A DNA stretch of 64,000 nt from Terriglobia bacterium. Lineage in GTDB: Bacteria; Acidobacteriota; Terriglobia; 20CM-2-55-15. Made by a program: the position numbers and the translations under genes. The DNA lies in contig CAXWPJ010000002.1 of assembly GCA_963664115.2 (NCBI GenBank), positions 832,001-896,000 of the forward strand, read 5' to 3'. Shown here one piece after another: positions 10,031-20,820 of the stretch. The notes beneath the pieces are model-generated. The model was not told the origin of the DNA, did no database searches, and saw only the letters and a list, made by a program, of their open reading frames with translations. Position 1 is the first letter of the stretch; every line of letters begins with the position of its first letter.

Positions 10031-11740
10031 ATGAAAACGAGCTTGAAAGTCACAATAAGCGTTCTCCTGGCAGGTGCCGTTCTCGGCACTGTGTTTTTCA
10101 CCCTGTTCGGCGAAGACGACACAGAGTACGAATTCTTCACTGCTGAGGTAGCGCGGGGCGTGATCCAGAACACGGTCAGCGCGACAGGCACCGTCGAGGC
10201 CGTTCTTACCGTGCAGGTGGGATCTCAGGTGTCCGGTCAGATACAGACCTTATACGCCGACTTTAATTCCGTTGTCAGCGCCGGCCAGCTATTGGCCAAG
10301 CTCGACCCGCGGAACTTCGAGGCCCAGCTGGAGAATTCCAAGGCCAGTCTGGTTTCGGCCGAGGCCCGTGTACGCACCGCCGAAGCCGATCTGACCAACG
10401 CCCGCGCCAGTCTTGAGAGTTCGTTGGCGAGTCTCGAAGCATCACGGGTTGAATCTGAAAGAGCTGCAGTCCTCTATGGGCGCTCGGAGGAACTGGCCGA
10501 AACCGACTTGCTTTCGCAGACGGATCTGGAAAATTCCCGGGCGACAGCCCAGGCTGCAGCGGCGCGTCTGGCTCAATCCGCCGCTGCCATCGAGCAGGCC
10601 GAAGCGCAAATAATCTCGCGACAGGCAGGCCTGGAACAGGCTTTCGCTCAGGTGGTCCAGGCTGAAGCCGATGTGAACCGTGCCGAAATCAATCTGGAGT
10701 ACACCGACATCATGTCGCCCGTAGACGGTGTTGTCATTTCTCGCGAAGTCGACGTGGGACAGACTGTTGCGGCGAGCATGTCGGCGCCGACGCTGTTCAT
10801 GATTGCCAACGACCTTGGCCGGATGCGGGTAAACGCCAGCATCGATGAAGCCGATATCGGGAAACTGGCCCAGAGTAACGGAGTGGAATTTACCGTCGAT
10901 GCGTTTCCAAACGAGCGATTTCGTGGGCGGATCGAGGAGATCCGTCTCAATCCGCAGACCGTTCAAAACGTGGTGGCCTACAACGTCATCGTGGGTGTTT
11001 CCAATCAGGATCTGAAATTGAAGCCGGGCATGACGGCGAATATTACTGTAACCGTTGACCGCCGCGAAAACGCCCTGGGTATTTCCAACGCGGCTTTACG
11101 TTACAACCCGCCCGACGTCGATCCCGCCGAACTGCAATTGACGCGTGGTGGTGCTGGCCGAGGCGGGGATGGGGGTCCGGGCCGTGGTTTTGATGTTGTG
11201 GCTAACGTCGTCCCCGTACCCGAGCCTGCCCCTGCTGAAACGGGTCCCTCTGCGGTGGAAGTCACGCCCGGAAGGCGACAGGGTTTCCAGGAAAACCTCG
11301 ACCGTGGTTTTGCCGGTGGCGGGGGCGCCGGTCCCCGAAGCGGCCGTGGCCGTGCGGAAGGACGTGGTAATCAAGGTGGACCGAGCGGTGGTTTTCCGGG
11401 TGGGGGCGCGTCAACTGCGCTGGGGATCGCTGCTCCGGTTGCGGCACCGGGTCAGCTCTGGGATGTGGGCGAGAAGCTTCAGTTCCAGGAAGTTACGCCG
11501 CCCCGCCCACGCCCGGGCCGTGTTTGGGTTTTGAATGCCGAGAGCATTCCCCAGATGCGCAACGTCATGTTGGGAATAACCGACGGGTCCCGGACCGAAG
11601 TTATTGCGGGCGAACTCGAAGTGGGTGACGCCCTGATCATCGGTGATTCATCGCAAGTGGCGGATACGCAAGATAGGCCTCAGACCCGGGGCAGGGGATT
11701 CGGCGGCGGATTTCCGGGCGGCGGATTTCGAATTCGTTAA
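10031..11740 (+). CDS. Efflux periplasmic adaptor subunit (MacA/HlyD-like)
   Basis: VQVGSQVSG, coiled-coil hairpin, SPVDGVVISREVDVGQTVAAS, LKPGMTA. Confidence 0.92.
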   Translation: MKTSLKVTISVLLAGAVLGTVFFTLFGEDDTEYEFFTAEVARGVIQNTVSATGTVEAVLTVQVGSQVSGQIQTLYADFNSVVSAGQLLAKLDPRNFEAQLENSKASLVSAEARVRTAEADLTNARASLESSLASLEASRVESERAAVLYGRSEELAETDLLSQTDLENSRATAQAAAARLAQSAAAIEQAEAQIISRQAGLEQAFAQVVQAEADVNRAEINLEYTDIMSPVDGVVISREVDVGQTVAASMSAPTLFMIANDLGRMRVNASIDEADIGKLAQSNGVEFTVDAFPNERFRGRIEEIRLNPQTVQNVVAYNVIVGVSNQDLKLKPGMTANITVTVDRRENALGISNAALRYNPPDVDPAELQLTRGGAGRGGDGGPGRGFDVVANVVPVPEPAPAETGPSAVEVTPGRRQGFQENLDRGFAGGGGAGPRSGRGRAEGRGNQGGPSGGFPGGGASTALGIAAPVAAPGQLWDVGEKLQFQEVTPPRPRPGRVWVLNAESIPQMRNVMLGITDGSRTEVIAGELEVGDALIIGDSSQVADTQDRPQTRGRGFGGGFPGGGFRIR

Positions 11741-11756
11741 AAGAGGTTTCGGTTAA

Positions 11757-12566
11757 ATGTCGTCTGTTTCAGCACCGGCAGTGGGAAAGGATTCCTTCGA
11801 CAGTAAATCGAAAAACGATGCCGTTATCCGCCTGGACCGAGTCCACAAGGTCTATACGATGGGCGACATCGAGGTCCATGCTTTGCGCGGCGTGTCTCTC
11901 GCGGTCGGGCGTGGGGAGTTCGTCGCAATCATGGGACCGTCGGGTTCCGGCAAATCCACGATGATGAACATCATCGGGTGCTTGGATCATGCGACTCGTG
12001 GATCTTACATGATCGACGGCGTGGACGTCGCCGAAGTCTCCCGGGCCAATCTGGCGGATATCAGAAACCAGAAAGTCGGGTTTGTGTTCCAGAGTTTCAA
12101 TCTGGTGTCCCGCACTTCGGCGATCGAGAACGTCGAACTGCCGTTGATCTATGCGGGGGTGGGGGCTCGCGAGCGGACTGAGCGTGCTCGAGAAGCTCTC
12201 GCGATCGTCGGACTGTCTGACAAAGAAAAGAATCTGCCCAATCAGCTCTCCGGTGGACAGCAGCAGCGTGTGGCTATTGCACGTGCTCTGGTGAATAATC
12301 CTGCGATCATCCTCGCCGACGAGCCGACCGGCGCGTTGGACTCGCGGACTTCGATTGAGTTGATGGCCGTGTTTCAGAAATTGAACGATGAGCGAAGCAT
12401 GACGATCATCCTGGTGACTCATGAGACCGATATTGCCGGTTATGGGAAGCGCGTGCTCTTGTTTCAGGATGGCCGGGTACGTAAAGATTACCCGGTAGAA
12501 AATCGCCGCAATGCGGGGACGGTGTTGCTCGAGCTTCCGGACGACGATGAGGACTTCGAAGAATGA
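11757..12566 (+). CDS. ABC transporter ATP-binding protein (MacB/LolD-type)
   Basis: GPSGSGKST Walker [27 protein letters not shown]. Confidence 0.95.
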   Translation: MSSVSAPAVGKDSFDSKSKNDAVIRLDRVHKVYTMGDIEVHALRGVSLAVGRGEFVAIMGPSGSGKSTMMNIIGCLDHATRGSYMIDGVDVAEVSRANLADIRNQKVGFVFQSFNLVSRTSAIENVELPLIYAGVGARERTERAREALAIVGLSDKEKNLPNQLSGGQQQRVAIARALVNNPAIILADEPTGALDSRTSIELMAVFQKLNDERSMTIILVTHETDIAGYGKRVLLFQDGRVRKDYPVENRRNAGTVLLELPDDDEDFEE

Positions 12567-13789
12567 GATCGATAGCGATAATTCGAATTGCATTCAGGGC
12601 GCTGGGACGCAACAAGATGCGTTCCGCCCTCACGATGCTGGGCATTATCATCGGCGTCGGCGCAGTTATCGCTCTGGTTTCCATCGGACAGGGTGCGCAA
12701 GCCATGGTCCAGGACCAGATGCAGAGCATGGGAACCAACGTCATGTACGTGTTTCCCAGTGGAAATCGCGGCGTCGGAGGCGCTCGGCTCAGTACCGACC
12801 AGGGTGGAAGACTCACTGCTGGGGACGTTAACGCAATTTTGGAGGAGATCCCGATTGTTCAGGCGGCAACTCCGATTGTCAGTGCGAACGGCCAGTTGGT
12901 TTTCGGAAATCAGAACTGGTTTGCCCGCGTGCAGGGTACCAATGAGCAGTACCCGGGGATCCGTGATTGGGCGATCGCCGACGGGGAGTTCTTTACTGAA
13001 GTCGACATCGTTGCTGCTTCCAGGGTCATTGTCATCGGGAAGTCCGTTGCCGACGCTCTCTTTGAAGGAGTGACTCCGATCGGGCAGACTGTGCGTCTGC
13101 GAAATCTTCCGTTCCGCGTAATCGGGGTGCTTGAGGAACGAGGTCAGACCGGGATGGGGCAGGACCAGGACGATACGGTTTTGATGCCTTACACGGCAAC
13201 ACAGAAGAAACTGTTGGGTCAGTCCATCCCCCGGATCAACCAGGTCATGCTCCGGACCGTCAGTCAGAGCGCAGCGCCCGTTGCCGAAACCTTGATCACG
13301 GAACTGCTCCGACAACGCCACAACATCAGGCAGGGGCAGGAAGACGATTTCAGAATCGGCAACCTGACCGAGATCGCGGACGCTGCCGAACAGACCACTT
13401 TGATCATGACGCTGTTGCTGGGAAGTATTGCTGCGATTTCCCTCCTTGTTGGCGGCATCGGGATCATGAACATCATGCTGGTTTCGGTCACCGAGAGAAC
13501 CCGGGAGATTGGTATCCGAATGGCCGTCGGCTCCCGACCGGGATACATCCGGCTTCAGTTTCTGGCCGAGTCCATTATCCTCAGCATGGCCGGCGGCCTG
13601 ATTGGTGTGCTGCTGGGAAGTGGCTTGTCTTACGCCGTTGGCGAATTCCTGGGATGGTCGACCCTCGTGTCCCTGGCTTCGGTATCAATTTCGTTCGGAT
13701 TCGCAGCGGCAGTCGGTGTCTTCTTCGGCTACTACCCGGCACACAAAGCCGCAGGCTTGGACCCGATCGACGCTTTGCGCTACGAGTAA
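12563..13789 (+). CDS. ABC transporter permease (MacB/FtsX-type)
   Basis: RSALTMLGIIIGV, GGIGIMNIMLVSVTERTREIGIRMA, LDPIDALRYE. Confidence 0.95.
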   Translation: MRSIAIIRIAFRALGRNKMRSALTMLGIIIGVGAVIALVSIGQGAQAMVQDQMQSMGTNVMYVFPSGNRGVGGARLSTDQGGRLTAGDVNAILEEIPIVQAATPIVSANGQLVFGNQNWFARVQGTNEQYPGIRDWAIADGEFFTEVDIVAASRVIVIGKSVADALFEGVTPIGQTVRLRNLPFRVIGVLEERGQTGMGQDQDDTVLMPYTATQKKLLGQSIPRINQVMLRTVSQSAAPVAETLITELLRQRHNIRQGQEDDFRIGNLTEIADAAEQTTLIMTLLLGSIAAISLLVGGIGIMNIMLVSVTERTREIGIRMAVGSRPGYIRLQFLAESIILSMAGGLIGVLLGSGLSYAVGEFLGWSTLVSLASVSISFGFAAAVGVFFGYYPAHKAAGLDPIDALRYE

Positions 13790-13869
13790 GAAGTATTTCT
13801 TAAGCCGAATTCTCCCGTTCATTCTATTGATTCGCGTCTTCCGATGTTCGGGCGGGTTAACCTATACCC

Positions 13870-14520
13870 ATGTTTTCGGAACCCCCCTCGTCCCGCCTCG
13901 ACCTGCGCTTCGGTTTCTCGGCAATTCGCGTTCGTGTCCATCCCATGTTTTGGATCATCGTGTTTGCGTTGGGATGGACTCTGCCGCTGGTGGAACAGCT
14001 CCTGTGGGTGGGGGTGGTGTTTGTGTCCATTCTTGTGCATGAGTTGGGGCATGTTTCCAGCGCGCTGTTTTTCGGGCGGCGTTCACGCGTCGTTCTTTAC
14101 AGCATGGGGGGCCTCACGATTCCGGAGACCCACGCTGCACCTCTCACAGGCTGGCGCCACGGGGTCGTCGCTTTCAGCGGTCCCACGGCTGGTTTTCTAT
14201 TGGCTCTGTTGGCCTACTTGACGATTCCACTTATGGGTTCGACTTCGAGCGGTCTGGTTGGAGCGCTTTATTTTCACTTGGTCCAGATCAATGTCGTCTG
14301 GAGTCTGGTTAACCTGTTGCCGATATGGCCTCTCGACGGCGGACAGGTGGCGCGCGATCTTCTCAGCGGTGTTGGTCGTGACCTTGGATACTCCCTGGCG
14401 TCGGGTCTTTCACTCGTGACAGCGGGAATTATTGCGGTGGCTGCGTGGCAGATGAGTCGCCCGATCATCGCAGTGTTTGCAGTCTATTTTGCCCTCAAGG
14501 AATGGCAGCAGTCGGTCTGA
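13870..14520 (+). CDS. Site-2 protease (peptidase M50) family membrane protein
   Basis: HELGH zinc motif and NLLPIWPLDGG. Confidence 0.9.
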   Translation: MFSEPPSSRLDLRFGFSAIRVRVHPMFWIIVFALGWTLPLVEQLLWVGVVFVSILVHELGHVSSALFFGRRSRVVLYSMGGLTIPETHAAPLTGWRHGVVAFSGPTAGFLLALLAYLTIPLMGSTSSGLVGALYFHLVQINVVWSLVNLLPIWPLDGGQVARDLLSGVGRDLGYSLASGLSLVTAGIIAVAAWQMSRPIIAVFAVYFALKEWQQSV

Positions 14521-14534
14521 TACAGAGGAATGCG

Positions 14535-15293
14535 ATGAAAGAACCAGTTGATTCGACACCGAGCAAAGCAAAGTTTGCTATGGATGACCGTGTGTTTCTT
14601 GAGGGCCCGCAGACCCGAACAGGAGAACTGATGTTTGCGCTGCGGGTGCTCTGGGAGTTTATCCGGGGATTCCGCACGCTGCACTTCGTGGGTCCCTGCG
14701 TAACGGTCTTCGGCAGTGCCCGTTTCGAGCCAGACCACCCGTACTATGAAATGGGGCGTCAGGTTGGATCCGGCGTCGTGGGTTTGGGCCTTACCGTCAT
14801 GACGGGTGGAGGACCCGGCATTATGGAAGCGGCCAATCGGGGTGCGGCAGAAGCGGGCGGCCGATCGGTTGGTTGCGAAATCCGTTTACCCGTGGAACAG
14901 GGTGTCAATCCCTACATGAACCGTTCCGTTACTTTCAGATACTTCTTCGTGCGCAAGGTTTTGATGCTGAAGTATTCCTATGCGTTCGTGATCCTCCCGG
15001 GCGGCTTCGGCACGATGGACGAATGCTTCGAAACCCTTACCCTGATCCAGACGGGAAAGATTTTGAATTTTCCCGTTATCGTGATGGGCGTGTCCTATTG
15101 GAGCCGGCTGCGGGACATGCTCGATTCGATGGTCGACGAGGGCACGATCAGTTCGGGCGATTTGGACCTGTTGTGTTTTACTGATTCCGTGGACGAGGCG
15201 ATGGCACACATTCAACAACACGGCTTGGGCAAGTTCCCTCGGAGACGCCAGCTCTCGCCCATGAGGATCCTTGGAGAAAAGGCGCAGTTGTGA
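14535..15293 (+). CDS. LOG family Rossmann-fold nucleotide-binding protein (TIGR00730)
   Basis: VTVFGSAR, TGGGPGIMEAANRGA, YFFVRKV, LPGGFGTMDE; SD GAGG before ATG 14535. Confidence 0.92.
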   Translation: MKEPVDSTPSKAKFAMDDRVFLEGPQTRTGELMFALRVLWEFIRGFRTLHFVGPCVTVFGSARFEPDHPYYEMGRQVGSGVVGLGLTVMTGGGPGIMEAANRGAAEAGGRSVGCEIRLPVEQGVNPYMNRSVTFRYFFVRKVLMLKYSYAFVILPGGFGTMDECFETLTLIQTGKILNFPVIVMGVSYWSRLRDMLDSMVDEGTISSGDLDLLCFTDSVDEAMAHIQQHGLGKFPRRRQLSPMRILGEKAQL

Positions 15294-15296
15294 AGG

Positions 15297-15531
15297 TTTC
15301 ACCATGCGCTCGTCGTGGGCGGTCGCGATTGGACCTCGCCACTTGCGGGTCGCGCCATCCCCGGTGAACGAAGTGGATGGGTATTTCGGTTTACTATGAG
15401 TGTCCCCGATCGCCGATACATCCTACGTTGAGCGGTCGTCCAGGTGGCGCGGTAAAGATCAGGAAACTGCGGAGTTTTGCAGTCCCATATTCGTCGCGAT
15501 GCTGGCGGACCTCAAGAACAAATTGAAGTAA
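15297..15531 (+). pseudogene. C-terminal remnant of an SRPBCC/polyketide-cyclase family gene
   Basis: Frame reads PSPVNEVDGYFGLL*VSPIADTSYVERSSRWRGKDQETAEFCSPIFVAMLADLKNKLK* with internal TGA at 15397-15399; family assignment from recalled motif. Confidence 0.5.
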
Positions 15532-15598
15532 GTTTCTGCGGGTTTGTCCGCCCTGCTGCTGATCCGCATGCCTGCCGACAGCGTGTTAGAATCCGTCC

Positions 15599-16189
15599 AT
15601 GCCGAAGCTGCGTCTTGTCCTGGCGTCGGAATCCCCGCGACGCCAGGAGTTGTTGGGATTGCTGGCCGTTCCTTTCGAAATCGTTTCCTCTAATGTGGAC
15701 GAAACTCCGCGCCCGAGTGAGTCCGACCTGGACTTCGTCACTCGTACGGCTCGAGAGAAGGGTGAAGACATTGCGGGCCAGATTCCGGATGCCGTGGTGC
15801 TCTCAGCCGATACGATCGTGTCTCTGGACGGTAAAATTCTGGGCAAACCCGACGACGTGGATGACGCCCGGCGGATGCTTCGAATGCTGTCTGGTCGCGG
15901 GCATAATGTTTATACCGCTGTGTCGACAGTCCACATGGCCAGGAACACGCGGCATGAAGGGCTGGAAGAAACGCGGGTCTGGTTCAGCGATCTGGATTCG
16001 GAGATGATCGACGACTACATCCTTCGCGAAGAAGTTCTCGACAAAGCCGGAGCTTATGGCATTCAGGGATTCGCTTCCGTTTTCATCCCAAGAATCGAGG
16101 GTAATTACGCGAATGTTATGGGATTGCCCCTGCCGCTGACCTACGATTTGCTGACACGTCACGGAATCATATGCCACACATCATCGTAG
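15599..16189 (+). CDS. maf: Maf family nucleotide pyrophosphatase
   Basis: [41 protein letters not shown]. Confidence 0.95.
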   Translation: MPKLRLVLASESPRRQELLGLLAVPFEIVSSNVDETPRPSESDLDFVTRTAREKGEDIAGQIPDAVVLSADTIVSLDGKILGKPDDVDDARRMLRMLSGRGHNVYTAVSTVHMARNTRHEGLEETRVWFSDLDSEMIDDYILREEVLDKAGAYGIQGFASVFIPRIEGNYANVMGLPLPLTYDLLTRHGIICHTSS

Positions 16190-18075
16190 GTACGGCCGGG
16201 CATATCGACCACGGTAAGACGGCGCTGGTCCAATGCCTGACAGGTATCGACGCCGACCGCCTCAAAGAAGAGAAGGAACGCGGCATCACCATCGATATCG
16301 GTTTTGCGAATCTCGACCTGGACGAAACGACGCAGGTGGGTTTTGTCGATGTGCCCGGTCACGAAAAATTCATCAAGAACATGCTCGCCGGTATCGGCGG
16401 CATCGATGTCGTGATGCTCGTGGTGGCGGCGGACGAATCCATCATGCCCCAGACCCGGGAGCATATGGACATTTGCTCGTTGCTCCACGTGCCCTGTGGA
16501 CTGACGGTGATTACCAAGGTCGATACTGTTGATAAAGAAATTGCCGATCTCGTGGAACTGGAAGTCCGGGAGTATCTGGAGCACACGTTTCTCGACGGTT
16601 CACCGGTAGTTCGGATGAGTGCGCGTACCGGGGAAGGAAAAACCGAACTGATTGAAACTCTGCGGCAAGTGGCGGCCGAGGTGGGGCCGAAAGACACCTC
16701 ACAGATCTTCCGCCTTCCGGTGGACCGTTGTTTCACGATGAAGGGCTTCGGAACCGTCGTGACCGGAACGCTGATCTCAGGATCGATCCGGAAGGAAGAT
16801 GAAGTCCAGTTGTTGCCGTCCGGTAGCATGGCGCGCATTCGAGGCTTGCAGGTTCATGGCCATGTCGTGGACGCTGCCGAGGCCGGGCAGAGAACTGCGA
16901 TCAATCTTCAGGGTGTCGACGTTCGGGACGTGAATCGTGGCATGGTTTTGACAGAACCGGGCGCGCTTCGGGCGGCCTCGATGTTCGACTGTCATCTCGA
17001 CCTGCTTTCATCGGCCGCAGGACCGATCACCCGAAGGAGACGCATTCGATTTCATGTGGGGACGGCGGAGATCATGGGTTATGTCTCGCTTCTAGAGGGC
17101 GATAGCCTCGAGCCCGGTGGCAACTGCATGGTCCAGATACGACTTGAAGAACCTGTCGCTGCCTTTCCCGGAGACCGTTTTATAGTGCGACAGTATTCGC
17201 CCATGATTACGATCGGAGGCGGTGAAATTCTGGAAGTCGATCCGAAGAAGCATCGGCTGCGAGACATTCGCATTACCGCGCGTTTGGGAACCTTTAAGGA
17301 CGGGACGCTCGAAGATCGACTCATGGTCCTCATTGACGATGCTGGGCTGGGAGCCAGTACGCTTCCGGATCTTGTCAGGAAGGGTGGAATCGCTGCGGTC
17401 ACAATCCGGGAACATCTCGATAGCCTGGCCGTTGCCGGCGCTGTGCGTTTTCTCTCCGACACCCCTCCCACGGTGGTGTCCGGGGCAGCGTTTGACGAAG
17501 TGGCGTCGCAGGTTTTGGCTTTCGTTGCTGAATTTCACAAGGCCCAGCCTCTAGCCCGAGGCGTATCGCGGGAAGAACTGAGGAATCGCCTGTTCAGACG
17601 TGGCTCCAATCTTGTTTTCCAGGCGGTCTTGGAGGACCTCAAGCGCCGCGAGAAAATTACGCTCGCGCAGGAACTCGTCCACGTGTTCGGACGTGTGGTG
17701 ACTCTGGAAGCCGAGGAAATTAAAATTCGCGAGAGTCTGGCCGCCGAATTCCGGCGAAACGGTTTCCAGGTTGCCACTGCCGAAGAGGTCATAGCCAAAC
17801 TCCGCCTGAATTCCCCGAAAGCCTGGAAGATACTGCGTTTGATGATCCAGGATGGGACCTTGGTGAAGGTCAGCGACGACCTGGTTGTCGACCGGGGCGT
17901 GATTGATGAGGTCGTGCGGAAACTGCGCGCCCTTAAGGCATCCAATCCCAGCCTGGGTGTCGGAGAATTTAAAGACCTGATCGGCGTTTCTCGCAAATAT
18001 GCGATTCCCTTATTGGAATATCTGGACAGGGTGCGCGTCACGCGACGTGTTGGAGCGAGTCGGAAGATATTGTAA
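16171..18075 (+). CDS. selB: Selenocysteine-specific translation elongation factor
   Basis: [43 protein letters not shown]-terminal winged helix [13 protein letters not shown]. Confidence 0.96.
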   Translation: MPHIIVGTAGHIDHGKTALVQCLTGIDADRLKEEKERGITIDIGFANLDLDETTQVGFVDVPGHEKFIKNMLAGIGGIDVVMLVVAADESIMPQTREHMDICSLLHVPCGLTVITKVDTVDKEIADLVELEVREYLEHTFLDGSPVVRMSARTGEGKTELIETLRQVAAEVGPKDTSQIFRLPVDRCFTMKGFGTVVTGTLISGSIRKEDEVQLLPSGSMARIRGLQVHGHVVDAAEAGQRTAINLQGVDVRDVNRGMVLTEPGALRAASMFDCHLDLLSSAAGPITRRRRIRFHVGTAEIMGYVSLLEGDSLEPGGNCMVQIRLEEPVAAFPGDRFIVRQYSPMITIGGGEILEVDPKKHRLRDIRITARLGTFKDGTLEDRLMVLIDDAGLGASTLPDLVRKGGIAAVTIREHLDSLAVAGAVRFLSDTPPTVVSGAAFDEVASQVLAFVAEFHKAQPLARGVSREELRNRLFRRGSNLVFQAVLEDLKRREKITLAQELVHVFGRVVTLEAEEIKIRESLAAEFRRNGFQVATAEEVIAKLRLNSPKAWKILRLMIQDGTLVKVSDDLVVDRGVIDEVVRKLRALKASNPSLGVGEFKDLIGVSRKYAIPLLEYLDRVRVTRRVGASRKIL

Positions 18076-18084
18076 CGAGGATGA

Positions 18085-18180
18085 AACGGATTAGAACGGA
18101 TTCCGGAGAGGTCGAAGACAGATAAGTCCGTGTAATCGGTGGTTCAATTCCACGAATACGTGCAATCCGCGCAAAAAAAA
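18085..18180. repeat. REP-like short repeats / probable terminator between convergent selB and tatA
   Basis: AACGGATT twice (18085-18092, 18095-18102), inverted variants TCCGTGTAATCGG and TACGTGCAATCCG, then an A8 run (U8 on minus strand). Confidence 0.4.
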
Positions 18181-18253
18181 GCGATGCGATTGAGCGCCCG
18201 ATTACAACATAAATCCAGTTTAAAGCCAGTGGTAAACTGCAGAGGGTCGCTGC

Positions 18254-18427
18254 CTACGCTTCTGTTTTCGACGGCGGGTCTTCAGAGTCGTCGCCCTTTA
18301 TGGACCTCTTGAAGTTCTTGATGCCTTCGCCGATACCCTTTCCCATTTCCGGCAAGCGTTTCGCGCCGAACAAGAAGAAGATGATGATCAAAAGGACCAC
18401 CAGCTCCGGTAAACCCAATCTAAACAT
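18254..18427 (-). CDS. tatA: Twin-arginine translocase TatA/TatE subunit (57 aa, below ORF-track cut-off)
   Basis: Manual translation MFRLGLPELVVLLIIIFFLFGAKRLPEMGKGIGEGIKNFKRSIKGDDSEDPPSKTEA; FG.KRLPE hinge; SD GGAGG. Confidence 0.95.
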   Translation of the reverse strand: MFRLGLPELVVLLIIIFFLFGAKRLPEMGKGIGEGIKNFKRSIKGDDSEDPPSKTEA

Positions 18428-18520
18428 GGGGATCCTCCGGTTCTATCCTTCAGGCTCCGCAGACCTTGGGGCAGCGTGAATGGACAAGTTAGCTACACGA
18501 AAAAGTATATCGGAAAGCAT

Positions 18521-19021
18521 TCAGTTCGTCCAAACGTAATCCCACAGATAGAGTTGCCGATCGCTCATCGGGGTGTCCGGCACGACGACGTGGTAGCTAC
18601 CCTCAAACTCGGTGACGAGAAGGGCATAGACCTGGCCGTCCGGTTCCCGATAAACCAGAGAATTGTAGGTGCGGGTACTACCTTCCCGGCGCCTTTGATC
18701 AAGTATCCGGCCCCGTTCAAACCTGTCCGTCAACAAGACCTCAATCTCGACTTCTGTCGGTTCTCGCAGATCATCGGAGTCGTCGCCGACACGGATGAGG
18801 ACGTGAGATCGCAGTAGCTCACGGCTCTGGGCCTCCATTGCGTCCATAAAAATTTCGGCGGCGATCAGGGGAGGGCTGTACACATAGTAATAATAAAAAC
18901 CAAGCGCCGTCGATCCTGCGACCAGGATGCCGACAAATAACAGAACCGACAGACGAAGCGGTCGCCTTGTGACAGGAACCGCCGAATCTTCGGGTTGGGG
19001 CTGTGAGTGGTCTGTGTCCAT
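18521..19021 (-). CDS. Hypothetical single-pass membrane protein
   Basis: One N-terminal hydrophobic helix; co-oriented between NFACT gene and tatA. Confidence 0.65.
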   Translation of the reverse strand: MDTDHSQPQPEDSAVPVTRRPLRLSVLLFVGILVAGSTALGFYYYYVYSPPLIAAEIFMDAMEAQSRELLRSHVLIRVGDDSDDLREPTEVEIEVLLTDRFERGRILDQRRREGSTRTYNSLVYREPDGQVYALLVTEFEGSYHVVVPDTPMSDRQLYLWDYVWTN

Positions 19022-19034
19022 CGTGTGTGGTCCC

Positions 19035-20798
19035 TTACTCTTTCACCCCCACAGCCGGGACGTCTCCGGAGTCTGGAATGACGTGAGTCCAATTGCGAGG
19101 TTCAACAGTGACGGTCTTGAATTCTCGCAGTCGCACGAGGCCCGGTTTCGCCTTCTTGGGTTTCGACACGAACTTGCGCCGCGTGTAGTGTACCTCCACT
19201 TTGTTGGAGTTCCGCGCTTGTGAGTAGTATGCCGCTAACTGCGCGGCGCGAATTAGAATCGACGATTCCAGTTCGGTGTCTTTGGCTGGGTTCCTGACGA
19301 TGACGTGGGAGCCCGTGTAGCCGGCGACATGGAACCAGAAATCATCTCCAGTCGCGACTTTGAACGTCAATTCGTCGTTCTCGCGGCTGTTGCGCCCGAC
19401 GAGAACTTCGTGGCCGTCCATCTGTATCGCGCGTCGCCTGCGGGCGCCCGGGCGAGGAGCCTTCTTTGAACCCGGGCCTGATCGAGGCGCATCCGCTCCG
19501 CCAGTCAATGCTGTCAATGCGTCCCAGGTACCCACCGACTGCAATCGGTCGGCTTCGGCTTCGAGCCGCGCTTTGGTGACTTCCAGTTTCGACAATTGCA
19601 TGCGGACCATCTCCATGCCGCGTCCGGCCTTCTTATGCCGTTTGAACAACTTGTTGACGTTCTCGCGTAGCGTTTTGGAGGGATCGAGTTCGATAGTCCG
19701 CGATTGGGGGTCGTCGCCGAAGTAGTCGGTAACTTCAACGCTTTCGTGATGGCGATCCATATCGCCGCCGCTGGCCACCAGCATCTGGGCGCGGGTCCGA
19801 AGTTCTTCGGCCTCGCTGTAGAGCCGTTGTCGATCAAGCAGTCGTTCGTGCTTTTGCCCCAGACGCCGCAGGCTATCTCGAATCCGTCTTTTCCGCGGTG
19901 ACTTCGCCTGTTCCATCAGAATCCGTGACTCCAGTTCATCCGAGACGATCCGTGTGGCCTCCAGCATGCCGGGATAGGTCTGGACCCCGTGGGTTTTTCG
20001 CGCCAGGGATTCCAGTTCGATCGGACTGAGGATTACCCTTCGCAACGCTTCGACGTCGTTGCGCTCCAGGATGACACTGAGGGGTTTCAGAGAGTAAGCC
20101 CATGCCGTCGATGCCGGTTTGAGGAGATCTTCGATCATAGCTTTCAATTCTTCGGGTAATGCGTTCTTCGAAGCAGCCTGGCGATGGAGGATTTCCGCCG
20201 CTAATAGCGGTCCGATTCCTGCAACGTTACGAATGAGCCAGTTCTTCGGATCCTTCGCAAAGTCAGTTTCGTTAAACCAGGAACACTCGTCTTCACGCGT
20301 TAAGGCGAGATCCGTCTTGTCGGTTTTCGGATAAGCGTACTCGTCATATTCACCCATTCCACGCTGGGAACGCGGAGCGAGGGCAGAACCCAGAATGTTG
20401 CGGGCCCGGTCCAGGAGGAAAAGGTTAGGGGAATTCGGCAGCAGTTCTGCGACAAGATAGACAATTTGCAGTTCCTGGGCCGGGAGGGCCGTTTTAAACT
20501 TCAATTCAACAATGCGTTCAGATAATGGCTTGTCTATTTCAAGAAGCTGAGCCGTAACCAGGTGCTTCCGAAGAATCATAAGGAAATCCGTCGTGACTGC
20601 TTCGACCGGTGGGCGTTCTCCGGAAACATAAATAATAGGATTTCGCGCATCGATTGACAGTTTCAACGCCGGTATCCTGACGGACCGGGTCTGCAGCAGG
20701 AACACGTTGCGGTGGTGTTGTACGATACGCCGTATGACCATCCCGTCCGTTACGGTTTTTAGTTCCTCGACCAGCGCTATGAGCGCGAAGTTTTCCAT
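19035..20798 (-). CDS. rqcH: NFACT/Rqc2 family ribosome quality-control protein (FbpA/PavA-like)
   Basis: FLMILRKHL, ERIVEL, LDPSKTLRENVNKLFKRHKK, LVGRNSRENDELT, WFHVAGYTGSHV, AAQLAAYYS. Confidence 0.88.
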   Translation of the reverse strand: MENFALIALVEELKTVTDGMVIRRIVQHHRNVFLLQTRSVRIPALKLSIDARNPIIYVSGERPPVEAVTTDFLMILRKHLVTAQLLEIDKPLSERIVELKFKTALPAQELQIVYLVAELLPNSPNLFLLDRARNILGSALAPRSQRGMGEYDEYAYPKTDKTDLALTREDECSWFNETDFAKDPKNWLIRNVAGIGPLLAAEILHRQAASKNALPEELKAMIEDLLKPASTAWAYSLKPLSVILERNDVEALRRVILSPIELESLARKTHGVQTYPGMLEATRIVSDELESRILMEQAKSPRKRRIRDSLRRLGQKHERLLDRQRLYSEAEELRTRAQMLVASGGDMDRHHESVEVTDYFGDDPQSRTIELDPSKTLRENVNKLFKRHKKAGRGMEMVRMQLSKLEVTKARLEAEADRLQSVGTWDALTALTGGADAPRSGPGSKKAPRPGARRRRAIQMDGHEVLVGRNSRENDELTFKVATGDDFWFHVAGYTGSHVIVRNPAKDTELESSILIRAAQLAAYYSQARNSNKVEVHYTRRKFVSKPKKAKPGLVRLREFKTVTVEPRNWTHVIPDSGDVPAVGVKE

Positions 20799-20820
20799 CT
20801 GCTTATTTTAACCGAGGCAG

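Noticed and set aside
18100-18240. tRNA-Sec or other tRNA after selB (GTGGTTCAATTCCAC T-arm-like hairpin; AAATCCAGTT)
   Set aside because: No acceptor stem, D-arm or UCA anticodon arm can be built
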